From the NCBI GenBank assembly GCA_047495785.1, contig JBLDXI010000010.1:620001-684000 (forward strand): a DNA stretch of 64,000 nt, read 5' to 3'. The DNA is from Lepidodermella squamata (taxonomy: Eukaryota; Animalia; Gastrotricha). Shown one piece after another: positions 24,125 to 37,153 of this stretch (positions within the stretch are counted from its first letter, which is position 1; each line of letters starts with the position of its first letter). A model generated the notes under the pieces. The model did no database searches. It was given only the letters and a program-made list of their open reading frames with translations, and was not told the DNA's origin. A program made the position numbers and the translations under genes.

Positions 24125-24760
24125 TTGGAAGGTAAGAAAAAAGGCGCAGGCACAGCACGAAAAGGCGCTTGTCCGGGACAGTGCGCCACTCATAACACCG
24201 GACGGGCACATACTGAAATTATCACAAGGAGCGGAATTATCAGACACAGCAGAAGACAGAAGACTAGTGATTAGTGGTAGGGCAGCAGAGATGGAAGGTA
24301 GAGGACGGGAGAAGAAGAAACAAGGAAATAATCAGGTAGGGGAAGAAGAAATAGGAGAGAGACTAACATTGTGGGACAGGGAGCGGGCCGGGCGGCAGGC
24401 GAGCGTTGAGAAGGAAGACAGGTGACTTCACAGGCGGCGACGCGGAAAGCCGAACATTCTCGATGTCTTCGCGAAGCGGCAGCACAAAGCGGACGACGTT
24501 GTCGGCATAGCGGCACTGGACGGCTTGTAAGTGCGAGGACAGACTGGGCAGGCGACAGCGCTGCTCCAGCGCACTAACACGAACACGATCATCGAGACGG
24601 ACATGGAGAATGGCGCGCAGACAGTTATTCTGAAGCACGTCTAGGCGGCGGAGCTGCGTCTTCGCAGCAGACGCAAAGGAAACGAAGCCGAAGGTGGCGA
24701 TGGAACGGACGAGCGCCAGGTAGGCGGTGCGGCGCCATCGGAAAGACAGCCCTGGCCGGC
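24125..24760 (-). mobile_element. 5'-truncated non-LTR retrotransposon (RT C-terminus plus 3' UTR); boundaries approximate
   Basis: GC-rich island; AYLALVRSIATFG...LDVLQNNCLRAILHV resembles the LINE RT thumb region; pyrimidine-rich 3' UTR follows. Confidence 0.7.
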
Positions 24761-25229
24761 TAACAACCGAGCGGAACCACGACAGATTTTTCCCACAGAA
24801 AACCATCAACTTACAACAAGCGACATTACGGCAAATGCCAGTACAGCAGATTATATAAATAACCATTAAAATGAATATGATTATCTTTTGGAAATCAATC
24901 TCCTAATTCAGCTTATGGCTGATTTGACCAATGTAGAAAGGTTCCGGAACCACATTTTTAGTAATTAATTCGACCAAAAATGGATTTTCCAAACTTTCTG
25001 AAATTTTCCGATTAATTTGAAAAAAAAATCAAAATTAATGGCCATCAAATTTTTTATTTTTAGTACAAAGCCTGGCAATCACTTAACGAACATGCAATCA
25101 CTTAACATGATCATGATTTAACAAATTATTGGAAAAGCGGCATTTTTTAATAATTTGCGTTTGGTTCCGCTATTGGTTCCAACTATTGAAATTTGGTTCC
25201 GCAACAGGCAAATTTGGACCTACCTTTTT

Positions 25230-27615
25230 CCCTCAGCAAATTTATTCTTTTCGTCAGAAAATTGTGTTTTTGCTCAGCAAATTTTTTTTCGTCAGAACCT
25301 ATTCATCGATAAGAAGAGCTGTCGAAAGGTTTTCTACCGATGCAAGTTTGCAAGCAAGGCTGGATATCACTCGTAACATATTTCTCCCTATTAAGTTGAT
25401 AATATTAATGAAAATTTATCTTAGTTGTCCTGCGCGCGCTTTCCTGAAGGAGGAGAAGAAGGGTCGCGTAGCCTTGTACGAAACCCCGAAGAGCCATCGG
25501 CATAAGGCCATCAAGAACCCGGGTGAAGAATTGCCGTGTACGCTGACCGAAGAAGCTAAACGTGAAATGCGGTCTCAAATGGAGCAAGACAAGAAGCCGA
25601 AAGAAATCAGGCTGAATTTGGAGCAAGCGCGTAAGAATGTCTTTACTCGCAATATTGAATTTGCTTTTAATTTATGGCTATAGGCATTGCGAAACTAACT
25701 CTGACTCAGGTTCAAAACTTCGTTAGCCGCGAGCGGCAAAAGGTGAAGAAGGCTAAAAATCCGCTCGACGAACATATGGGGGAGGTGTTGGCGTCGCTGC
25801 AGCTTCACGGCTCCATGAACTCGCTGCAACCCACGGATTGGGCCGAGTGCCACAAGGCCGTGCCGGATGATGAAACTGCGCCATATGTCATTGATTATTA
25901 CATCGAAGAAGGCAGTGAACCCGCTCAGTTCCAAGTATTTCTCACGAGCAAGCGTTTATTGCAAAACGAGTCCATGGCGAGTACATGCCTACAGGTAAGC
26001 CAGTTAACTGATTCATGATTCATTATTTTTCCAATTTTGATGTTTACTAGGTGGATACGACTTACAAAGTTATCCGGAGCCCAGACAAAGGCTTTGTAAT
26101 GATTGCTGGGTGCTCGGATCGGAACAAGGTCTTTCATCCGGCTGTTGTAGGAGTAACTTCTAACGAGAACACTCGTGCCTACAGAAACCTGTTTCGAACA
26201 GTAAAGCGATGCGGCTACTGCCCATAGCTCATCATGTCGGACGGAGCCAGGGCGATCCCACGAGCTAAGCGGGGCATGTGTTTTTTCCATGTCATGAAGC
26301 GAGTTCGAACAAGGTTTAGCGGTAAAAAGAAGCCGAATCTGTTTCTCAAGGTACACGAAGACATTCACGCGCTTCAACGATCGAAGAGTCGAAACGAATT
26401 CAAAATCGCTGGCAAGCTGTTCTTGGCGATATGGGAGATGACGAAGTTCGCCAATGGATCATCAATCGCAGCCAACATCAGATGCCGCGAAACCAAGTCG
26501 TGGACAACTTTCAACAAATTCAAGACCAACATTGACTTCATATCTTTTACCCAACCATGAATCTATGTGTTGTTTTTTATTTTCTCTATGATTGGTCTGG
26601 CTAGTGAAACTGTTTACGCAGTACTCACTGTGCAACTGCCAACCTGGTTCGAAAAAGGGACCCTGCAACATTTGTCAAACACATCGTCCGAATCGATGAA
26701 ATTCCGGATGAGTGCCGAGCTGTTTCCCGCTGCGGCAACCCAGCTGAATTCCAGGCGCGGTCCTCGAAAGTCAGCGCCCGATATCAAGCGAAGCGCTCCA
26801 ACGAAGTCTGGCCCAGGACGAAAAAGAGTGTGCGAAGTCAGCCAGGTCGACAAGCAAGATTCGCCTCCCGCAAAGCGTAAGCCTGGTCGGCCGAAGAAGA
26901 TCAACACGATTGCTGTAGCTGTTGCCGCTCCCGCGCCTGTCGTTAAGCGTAGACCGGGTCGACCTAGGAAGAATCAACCTGGCGTATTCAAATCGCCCAC
27001 TCTCATGTCCGACTTCTCGTTCTCGGTAAGTCTTTGATTTCTTAATCCTAATTTTCATTTCGTTAATTTTCGTAGGAGAGCTTCGAACTAGCTCCAGGCA
27101 TCACCGTCCATTTCAACGCGCCATCGCCAACGCCAAGCATGGACTTCCGCGACGAAATCGAGAAGGCTGACGTGTGTCACATCTGTGGTCGAATTTTGCG
27201 GGCCGGAAACTGCCCTTCATGCCAAGCCGCCCCTATCGAAGTTCGCCCCGAGTCCTCAGCCGAGGGACACGCTCGTTTGCGCCAGTTCGCTGGGGCGCAA
27301 AAACGCAAAGCGTTGCGCAAATTTAAGTAACTTCGTTTATTTCAATCATTCATGCAATCATTCCTTCGTTCATTCACTAATGTGGATCTGATTAGGCGAA
27401 AAATTTGCGATAAAATTGCTGCTAATAAACTTGCTAAGCGCGTTGTAATGGCTCTAACTCATTGCAACTAATAGTATAAATTATTAATTATTAATTGATT
27501 AACGTTTGCTGAGGAGAAAAATACGTCTGCTGAAGAAATAAAATAGGTTCTGACGAAAAAAAATTTGCTGAGCAAAAACATAATTTTCTGACAAAAAGAA
27601 TAAATTTGCTGAGGG
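25230..27615 (+). mobile_element. Degenerate Mutator-like (MULE) element with an intron-containing transposase; true termini unresolved
   Basis: CPARA...H.H zinc motif, QVDTTYK, MSDGARAI, CFFHVMK, AT-hooks (PGRPKK, PGRPRK); stops and frameshifts; about 70-bp inverted repeats at roughly 25230-25302 and 27542-27615. Confidence 0.75.
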
Positions 27616-27737
27616 TTAAAGTATTCTTCGCAAATTTGGTTCCGCTAGAAGATATCCTAATGAAGAAAACGTCTTCTGCTGAAGTGGCAATTGCTGAAGT
27701 GTCACACAAGTTCAAATGTCACCGCTGAAGGGACGTG

Positions 27738-29178
27738 GGGTACGTTTCTTTATCTCCAACAGAGATGAAATTATTAACAAAACAAGCCATAAACAGACCA
27801 TTTCTTTATTTTTGTTGAAATTATTAGTTCAACAAGAACGCATTTCTTTACTCGGGTTATTGTTAAAGCTACAAACAAAATCAAGTGGCGTTTCATTCAT
27901 TAAACATGTTTTTTGCCCGAAATTACCAACCACTCGCCGAGTCGTTTTTGGAGCGATTTTTCGAAGTCCTACGCATCAAGACCCAGCCCAGCGACGGCAA
28001 AAAAAAAGAAAATGACCTAATTTTTTGTTAATTTTCTCCAAGTCATACTTGATGATTCATTATACCAAGCAGCAAACCTATTAATTCATGGGCGTGCGAC
28101 ATTTCAGCAGGGGACAAAACCGCAGGCATTTTTTTTGATATGATGCGATTATGTGACGAATTATGTGACTCGTAATTGAGAATAGTACGAGTGCGAAATA
28201 GTGCGAAATCGGTATTCGGCGACATTTTCGCTGGCGACATATCCGCAAGGGACAGATCAGCCTTATTGACAGTCGAAATGCGAGCTCAGTTTTAATAAAA
28301 ATTCGGATCAAATGTTGATGAAAATTTCGGCAAAATTGCTTCACTTTTGCCAGCTGAAATGTCCTCGAATGAACGATAACTTTTGCAAAAGATTAATTAA
28401 TTTTAGCGTCCAAAAATAATTTCCTCCTTAACATCGTGGACTTGATTTGAGTGATTTGGAGTGATTTGACGGAGCTGAAATAACGGGGGTTCAGGTGGGA
28501 TTAATGCAAGCGATGCCGTCGGTAAAGATTCGGACCGTAGTGACAACATTATAATAAGTGGGGCTGTATTGCTTATTTGTCACCTGCAAAAATGTCGCCA
28601 AAAAGAGAAACTTTTTATTGCGAGAGAGCTATCTCCCCCTTTGAGTCTGAAAAATGACATTTTTGTTCTGATTTGACAAAGCTCTTAACATCGGGCTGAT
28701 TTGACCCGGCTGAAATGACGGCACTCAATATCATACGCTAACAGCGCTGGTTTGCAATATTTCCCGCTGATTTCCTATTTGAAGTTTTGAAAATTTAACC
28801 GTTTGAAACTTAACGACCCTCATCAATACCGACTGAAATTTCAGTTGGCCATAGGCCAAATTATGCAACCCGTCAAAATATTACCGATTCATTGTAATAT
28901 TCATTGACTTCTCGGGTCGCCAGAGCAGTTACACAGCTAACCATTTCTTTATTGATTTAATCTAATAACAAAATCCGAGTGTTTCATTTGATAAACGAGA
29001 TTTTGTTAATGCAAAAAATCGAATAAAGAAATGCCTCTGATTATTGTTTTTGCTACTAACAAAATCAGAATAAAGAAATACTCACTGGTGGTTGTTTTTA
29101 ACATAAATGGATAAAGAAATGGTCTCTGTTTTTTGCCTTGTTTTCAACAAAATCTGTTGAGAATAAAGAAACGTACCC
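27738..29178. mobile_element. Nested non-autonomous TIR element related to the outer 23597-29553 element
   Basis: TIR GGGTACGTTTCTTTAT...ATAAAGAAACGTACCC, one base different from the outer TIR, with extended imperfect pairing. No TSD seen. Confidence 0.6.
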
Positions 29179-29806
29179 ATTGTTGAACGAAGTTCTTCCA
29201 AACCATCTTACAACCCATCATGCATCAATGGGACGAAGTGGAGGCCGGCGACCGCCGCGACGCTTTTATGCTCCCATAGGGCAGTGTTGCAGCGGCACAA
29301 CTATGCGCAAAACATTTTTTGCGCTTCTTTATCAGTGCGTAGTTTATAAACAGCACGTGTCGTTTCATTCTCATTTTCTTTTTCAAAATCATGAAAAACA
29401 TGTGATAAAGAAATGACGTTTTATTTTATAAAATAAAATGAAAAAAATTGAATAAAGAAATGATATTTATTTAAAATATAAAATAATAAAGAAATGTCAG
29501 TGTTTAAATTTAATTTTAAAATAAAAAATGGTTGGTAATAAAGAAACGCACCCTAAAATCTTGCCGGCATAGCCGGCATAGCCGGCGTATATTTCGAATT
29601 AAAAGGCAAAACCTAATAATAAAGTGCAGTCCAGTGTGCGAAGTAGGATCCGGGAGCTGAGGTGGTTTCTAGCACCCAGCCAACAAAAAATGGTCCCCCT
29701 GTGGTTTTTTCAGCGTTCCTCTGGTTGGAGTCCCGGAGCTGGGGTGTCTCGACACCCCATCACCCATGTACTAATAAAACAATATTTCTGCAGAATCTTC
29801 AATCAA

Positions 29807-31109
29807 TCAGTGCACCATACTTGACATGTAGTAAAATAGCGCTCCGATTCCGACCCAGAACGCTAACATAGCCACCCCAAGGTCGCAAAGCCGGATGAAG
29901 CGAACTCCGCCTTTGCCACTAGCGCGGACGAAATATAAGGTTTTGGCGAACTTCATGCTTTCAACGTAATTGGTGATCAGAGTATAAATAGTCAGAAGTA
30001 CGCATATAAGCATGAAAAAGACAAGTATATTGATTAGGTAGACTTCCTGGGATGTTCGAGGTATCAACGTAAAAACAAGGGTAAGGGTTACTGCAAGCGA
30101 AAGATTAACGGTGACGCAAAACGTTGGCCGGTCAGGGTGACCAGGATCCATAACCAGGGCTACAATTTGGATGAGGAATAGCGTGATAGATGGAATGAAG
30201 ACATTTGCGACGTAATATTGATACTTCCGCTTGAGAACCAGCGTTAAGGTGGCGTGATCGAATCCTCCTTTGCTAACAACTGAACCATTATAGGAGACGA
30301 AAACCCAGATGTCATCATCACGAACAGGCGTGTAGCCGGTATTTATAGTAACTGACTCGACAGCGATTGTAGCTTCATTACCACGATTTTCGTGCTCGAA
30401 TTCGAATGTGCATGTCGCCTGATCGAATGGAAACTTCGTGTAGCTGAAGCCGTAGCAGAGAGAAGTAAATGATCGAACACAGGCAATGACAAAGCGAATT
30501 CCTTTACTATGGAACGGGCGCACTCGAATGAATCTCTCTCTGAAATTAGCCGGTACAATCGACGTTGTTATTCGAAATGTGGTACAACTTACTCTCTCAA
30601 CGGCCTTGAGTCTCCGATTGAATTGATATGCTGCATGTCAGGCCACCAAACCGAATCTGATGGTATCGAAAATTGCAATCGATCCAAAATCGGCTGAGTC
30701 AGAGTTTCGTATCCAGGCAACAGTTCAGATTTAATTTCAGGCTGACAAGGCATGTGCCAATAGATCGCCAGATTCATGGCCACGGTCATGCTTGGACAGA
30801 AACAAGTTTGAATTGCCGATTTTTGTAAAAAAAAGTTGATTACCTCATATCTACATCACTGACCGCGCTAACTTGCATAATAAAGGATGACAGATATGTC
30901 CTGATAGGAGAACTATGGTTTTCAGTCTCTAAATGCCAGGCTGATGGCAAGTTGATCGCCCTCGCAATAGGGCATAGCCGAAAAAATCTATCGCGAAATA
31001 CGACGTCACCGGTACCAGCAAGGTTTGGGTCGTCATTTGTATTGTTATTTGCTGCCTCGCTTAAGATATTATTGTTCATAATGATGAAAATTATAGAATA
31101 AAAAATCAT
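29807..31109 (-). CDS. Cys-loop channel subunit, subfamily A copy 3 (inverted close paralog of 435-1746); introns 30843-30791 and 30592-30540
   Basis: Very similar protein, same intron positions; about 270 bp of upstream DNA is also homologous to about 160-434. Confidence 0.9.
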
Positions 31110-31209
31110 GATTTCTAGCTGTCAATCAGAATGCAAACTATATTAGGCAGATGAGCTTGAAAAGCTACCTGCACTGAAACGATGAAACGCCTCAGTAAAA
31201 AAAGTGAAA

Positions 31210-34090
31210 TCCCAGGTGTGTTCTGTTCACCGTATCCACGAAATCAAATGCGAATGACTACATCAGGCTAACTTCATGATTGACAGCTGTTTAGTTGCCA
31301 AGAACGCGTAACAAAAGACTGCAATTAGCAAGCAGAATCGATTTCATTATCTCCAGGGAACTCCATAGCTTGTGGCGTGAATAGTTTTAACTGGTTCAAG
31401 GGAAAACGGACCGGAAATTCGTTTTTTGTTCAATGCGGGAAAATAAAAATTCGGTCATTATCATGATAAATTTGCAATCACAAAAAGTCGTCAGCGACAA
31501 TTTTCACCAAAATTGACAGAAATATGGGGTTTTCAAGAACTATCTCTAGCCATTGGATTGATGACAATCAGAGCGGAATTGAGCAGCGGGCAGCGCGCGT
31601 TGATTTCAGACGGCTATTTTCTATTTCTAGGGAGTTTGTCATTAGAAGAAAGAGAAACAATCGCTTTGATGTTAGCACGCGTGGGCCGGAAATTTTCGAA
31701 AAGGGGGAGTCGAAATTGAGCTTTTTTCTCGGTGTGGACAAAGGAGTTTTTCACCCGCGCAAAAGCTGATCTTGAAAAAAAACGTCATCGCTTGAGCACC
31801 AATTTGTGCAAAAGTTGTGAAAATCGTGAGCATTGAGCATTGAGCATTAAGCACATGAGTAGTGATTTGTGCGACGGCCTGGGATGCTCATTGCTCAAAG
31901 TCGCTCCAGGAGCGATTCGAACTTTGAGCAGTGAGTAATGAGCATTGCGCATTGAGCAGTTGGTAGTGAGCATTGAGCACTACTCAGCTCCCAATGCTCA
32001 ATACTCACTGCCCAAGGTAGTGATTTGTGTTACGGTCTTAACTCTCCATTTGACGGTAAGTATTTCACCGCAGCACGCAAACACGGTTACCTTAATGCTT
32101 GTGCGGTAAAAATAATAAACAGTAACTGCCGTAAGTGCTTCTACGGTAAAACTAACGCCGCCGCGTTAGTTGAGGCAGTTACTATTTAACATAAGCTTAT
32201 GTCTTCTCAAGTACTGTGAGGTTGACACAGCGAGCGCAAGAAACCTGCTGCATATGAGCCATGGAGGAATCCCGCGCGCTCACCGTGGCAACGCGTCATT
32301 TTGTAACACCCAAAAACCAATTAGGAAACAGGCAATTTCCCTGTTATACTCGTGAAATTTCATTTTAGCTCGATATCGCAGAAGTACAAAGAGTAAACAA
32401 ATATCCAAAAATATCCAATTACGACTCGGTCGTAGAGAGCTCGACGAAGTATTTAAACAGTTGTAATGACGCTTATTAAACTTTCGGTAGCGTAAGACTG
32501 CCGGTGATCCGACTAAGTCTGAGTGCTAGGGGGTACGCAAAGAAGTGATACAAAATTCCCAGGTGTGTTCTGTTCACCGTATCCACGAAACCAAATGCAA
32601 ATGACTACATCAGGCTAACTTCATGATTGACAGTAATTCAGTTGCCAATAACGCGTAAAAATAGACTGCAATTAGCAAGCAGAATCGATTTTATTATCTC
32701 CAGGGAACTCCATAGCTTGTGGCGTGAATAGTTTTAACTGGTTCAAGGGAAAACGGACTGGAAATTCGTTTTTTGTTCAATGCGGGAAAATAAAAATTCG
32801 GTCATTATCAGGATAAATTTGCAATCACAAAAAGTCGTCAGCGACAATTTTCACCAAAATTGACAGAAATATGGGGTTTTCAAGAACTATCTCTAGCCAT
32901 TGGATTGATGACAATCAGAGCGGAATTGAGTGAGCTATGAAAGTATCCTTAACTACGTTACATATTATGCCCCATACTATGCGTTTCACGCATTTTGCTG
33001 CAACAGTGGCCCAAATAGTCGGTAAAATTCGATCCGCCTTCATGGACTACCACCAATTTTGTTGGAGTGAGGAATTCCATTCTATAATGAGTGATAATCC
33101 TATTGAAATGAAGCTGCTTCTTTATTGATCTCAACTTGGGACTATTCGGTGTCATAAGACTATTTGCCGCACACAACATGAAACGCATTGAGATCAATAA
33201 AGAAGCAGCTTCATTTCAATAGGATTATCACTCATTATAGAATGGAATTCCTCACTCCAACAAAATTGGTGGTAGTCCATGAAGGCGGATCGAATTTTAC
33301 CGACTATTTGGGCCACTGTTGCAGCAAAATGCCAGACTTGCATTTGGAGCTTTTCCTCGTGCGTAAATCAATAATTGGCACGGGCGCCAAAAGTCGGAAT
33401 ATTCTGAAATTTCCGGGCCGCGCGCGTTAATGTCAGACGGCTATTTTCTCTTTCTAGGGAGGTTTTCATTAGAAGTAATAGAAACCATCATTTTGACATC
33501 AGCACGCGTGGGCCGGAAATTTACGAAAAGGGAATTGAGCTTTGAGCTTTTTTCTCGGTCGTGTGGATAAAGGAGTTTTTCACCCGCGATCCCAGCTGAT
33601 TTCACCCAGCTGATCTCGAAAAACTACGTCAAAGCTGACATTTTTTATTTTACCGCAGCACGCAAACAAGGTTACCTACTGCTTGTGCGGTAAAAAATAT
33701 GCCGTAAAAATAATAAATAGTAACTGCCGTAAGTGCTTCTACAGTTAATATTTAACGTAAGCTTATGTCTTCTCAAGTACTGTGTGGCTGACACACCGAG
33801 CGGAAGAAACATGCTACATATGAGCCAGCATGGAGGAATCCCGCTCACCGTGGCAACGCGTCATTTTGGGACACCCAAAACCCAATTAGGAAACAGGCAA
33901 TTTCCCTGTTATACTCGTTTTTTCGTTTTTTACTTAATGTATTCATGAAATTTCAATTTAACTCGATATCGCTCGATATCGAGAAGTACAAGGAGTAAAA
34001 AAATATTCAAAAATCGTTATTACGACTCGGCCGTAGAGAGCTCGACGAAGTATTTAAACAGTTGCAATGATGCTTATTAAACTTTCGGTC
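31210..34090. repeat. Diverged tandem duplication: about 31210-32490 versus about 32557-34090
   Basis: 31210-31583 matches 32557-32930 and about 31590-32490 matches about 33420-34090; each copy has a private insertion. Confidence 0.8.
32990..33332. repeat. Long inverted repeat: 145-bp arms, 53-nt spacer
   Basis: 32990-33134 reads as the reverse complement of 33188-33332 with no mismatch seen; mirror ORFs 32958(-) and 33188(+) share the same peptide. Confidence 0.92.
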
Positions 34091-35555
34091 GCGTAAAACT
34101 GCGTAAAAATGTCATTTGGCGCATATTATACCTGGTAACCCTACTACGACTCCATTTCTATTGTACTTCTGGGGTGCGTGGTGCACAGTGCGATCACACA
34201 AGCGCGCAATTTTTCAGCACCACCCTTCCTTTGTTAGTCTGTAGGCGCGCGCCGGTAAAAGCTAGAACAATGGAATAACGACGTACCAAATAATGAAAGC
34301 GAACTCTATCGGTAAAGTACGCGAGCGGCTGCGCGCACGCACCAATCAGATAACCCTTTGTCGCTGCGCGCAGTTCCAACTACTTTTCTATTCTTCCATG
34401 ATATGAGCTGAACTTACCGAAGAGAAAGAAATTTGACCACACGCGAGTATTTTTACGATTGAGTGTCGCAGTGTAGTGCCGTTCACGGTAAATTATTTAC
34501 CGCAACTACATGGCGACATGGCGCGAGAACAATGGCGAGATTACCGTTACCGTCATACATAGAGTTATACCGAAACGCTAGCGACATAGACATTTTGATT
34601 TTGATTCTTGCTAAATTTCCATATGCGGTTTTTAGATTTTTAGCTGGCGCAAAAGTGGATTGTACAAATATTATTTTCGAATTGGAATGGATATCGTTAG
34701 CGTCGTTGAATAACTTGGATTTAGGCTTGTTTACTTCCATTTCAAGATGATAGGTGACAAGTGACAAGTAAATAGTCAGTTGTTTTTGCATCTTCATTCA
34801 CGTTGAAAAATGCTGTTTTTTACTTGTGACCTTGAAATGTACTATAATAATTTATCAACGTATCGATCTTTGCTTTCCGCGACATATAAGCACTAAAGGT
34901 AAAGTAAAGTGTCAAAATATGGTCAACATGCGCTTATCCCGTCCTGAAAACCATGTGAGCCGGTTCGGGACAACGCCGTCCATGCCGACAACCATGCGAA
35001 CAAAAATTCAGCGACTGAAGCTTTAAATGGGGCGACATCATTTATTTTAAGGCGGCGTATTTTAACAAGCGCGGCTTAGCGTGTTGTAGCGTGGCGTTGC
35101 GTGAACTTGGGCTCGGATTACGCAACCAGCGCGCACTTGCTTATTGAAGGGCGCAAAGCTGGGGCGCACTTATTTCATTTTGGGCGACAGATTTGTAATA
35201 AAATATTGTTGCCGAAAACGGAGTGATGACAATGGCAAGATTGTTTCATCTGAGGAATGCAAGCTTGCATTTAAAGGCTACTAAATTCAAGACAAATGCA
35301 ATTCCAAGACAAATTTCCAAGGCCCGCCGATTTTCCTGAATAACGATTTTCTGAATGACGAATAACAGTCGTTTTCCAGATCGATCAAACCATATGAGAG
35401 GCAGGGAAGAAATGATTTAATAATAGTGGTAAATTGCTGAAATACATATGCTGGACCTATATTGTAAACTGTAAACTATGCCTGTAGCGTCCTAGGTAGC
35501 TTGAATTGTCAAAGTATCTTAAAATGATATTGTACCATGGGCCTGAAAACATGTT

Positions 35556-36532
35556 TTATTTTTTTGCAACCAATTTCTCACTCAACTCCCATAAAGCTTT
35601 CGCTTTAACATCATCGCGGGCGATTGCCCATGTGGACTTCATACTCTCTTTGTCAAAATACAATCCAGAATGCTTCTCAATCCCCGGTTGGCATGCGCAA
35701 TACAGGTTCGTCCTAGCTCCTTCTTCTACTGTCAACCCGCCTGAAATCATAAAGCGCATGCAACATGCATTACAGCCTGTCCGATACCGCAGGAAATCAG
35801 TTTTGATGACACCGGGATGCAATGAGAACACAGAAACACCCGAACTTGGTGCATTGCCAGGTTCGCTTCCATTCAGTCTTCGATGCAGTTCCCTTGCATG
35901 TAAAATATTCGCGAGCTTCGATTGACTGTAAGCACGAGTTCCGCCATATGACCTTCTTTCTTGGAAAGGATCTTCCAAGTCCAATCCAGAAGGCCAGGTT
36001 ACCATATACATCATAGACGCCACATTTACCACTCGGCTTGGAGCAGATTTTTTCAGCAGATCGGTCAACAAATTTGTCAGAAGAAAGTGACCTGAGTGTA
36101 ACAAAAAAATTGGGACTGAGAATTCAAGAACTGAAATCACTGACCCAAATGGTTTGTAGCAAAGCTGAGCTCATAGCCATCAGCACTCAGATGCTTTTCA
36201 GGCTGCTCGAGGCCGGCGTTGTTAACCAAAACATGAAGAACAGGCTCTGATGAATTTATTTCAGCAGCGAATTTGCGAACAGATTCTAAGGAGGATAGGT
36301 CCAGATGCTTGACCACAACTCGTTTGGATGCCTCAGCTGCGTCCTTGAAGTTTACTTTGGACCTGATATCCGCAGCTGCTTCTTCAGCTGCTTGGAGGTT
36401 TCTGCAGGCCAAGATAACTTTGGCTGCCCCTCGTTTGGCTAGTTCGCAAGCAGTAACTTTGCCTATGCCGGTGTTTGAACCAGTTACGATGCATACTTTA
36501 CCCTCGATAGACCAATCGCTATTTGATGACAT
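35556..36532 (-). CDS. Retinol dehydrogenase 11/12/13-like SDR; intron 36144-36092
   Basis: TGSNTGIG, NNAG, FATNHLGHFLLT, YSQSK (YxxxK), HPGV. Confidence 0.92.
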
Positions 36533-37153
36533 GGATGAATTCAGAAATTAAGTCTAGGATGAGAAGAACTGACTAGTTTTTGTTGCGATGAAAAATCACT
36601 ATTAGATGTTAGAAGTAGGTAGAAATTACGAGGCATATCAATCGATCACCTAACCGCTATCAAGTAGGATGGGCAATAGTTTCAGAATTAGGTCAAATAA
36701 ATAGTGAAAACTCTCATGGTTATTCACATAGAAAGCTTTCTGAAAGGCGTGTATACATCAGTATGCGCATTTATAGATTTTTGCCACTACGCATGCTAAT
36801 ACGCTTGCGTATAGAGTGTAGAAAAACTGTCTGTATATTCTTACGAGTCGCCGTACTAGAAAAAACTGTACTGGGCACTGGGCATAAACAAGATCTCAGT
36901 GAGGCTCGTTATGTAAATTGCATAAAGTATGTATCATAAAATCTGAATGGCTATAAAATAAAAATCCAGATTTTTGAGGAATCAAAACAAAACAAAGGTC
37001 TATTTACGAGATCTGCTGTATAGCACTCCTCAATTTTTTCTCAAATTTATTCTCATGAATCCCACCATACTAAAAAAAGTTATACTTGTTCTACTCGTCA
37101 TGTCTTCAAGAGTGACAATAATTCAAAGAAATCACATTCGTAACAGAAAGCTT

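Larger units (their letters stand above)
23597..29553. mobile_element. Non-autonomous DNA transposon, probably PIF/Harbinger-like, carrying nested insertions
   Basis: 16-bp TIR GGGTGCGTTTCTTTAT...ATAAAGAAACGCACCC flanked by TAA on both sides (3-bp TSD); subterminal ATAAAGAAA repeats. Confidence 0.7.

Noticed and set aside
31827-31980. GAGCATT repeats as a CRISPR-like or telomeric array
   Set aside because: Short degenerate 7-mers with no unique spacers, inside a probable TE fragment; eukaryotic context.
32958-33430. Mirror ORFs as a gene pair
   Set aside because: By-product of the inverted repeat; no recognisable coding features.
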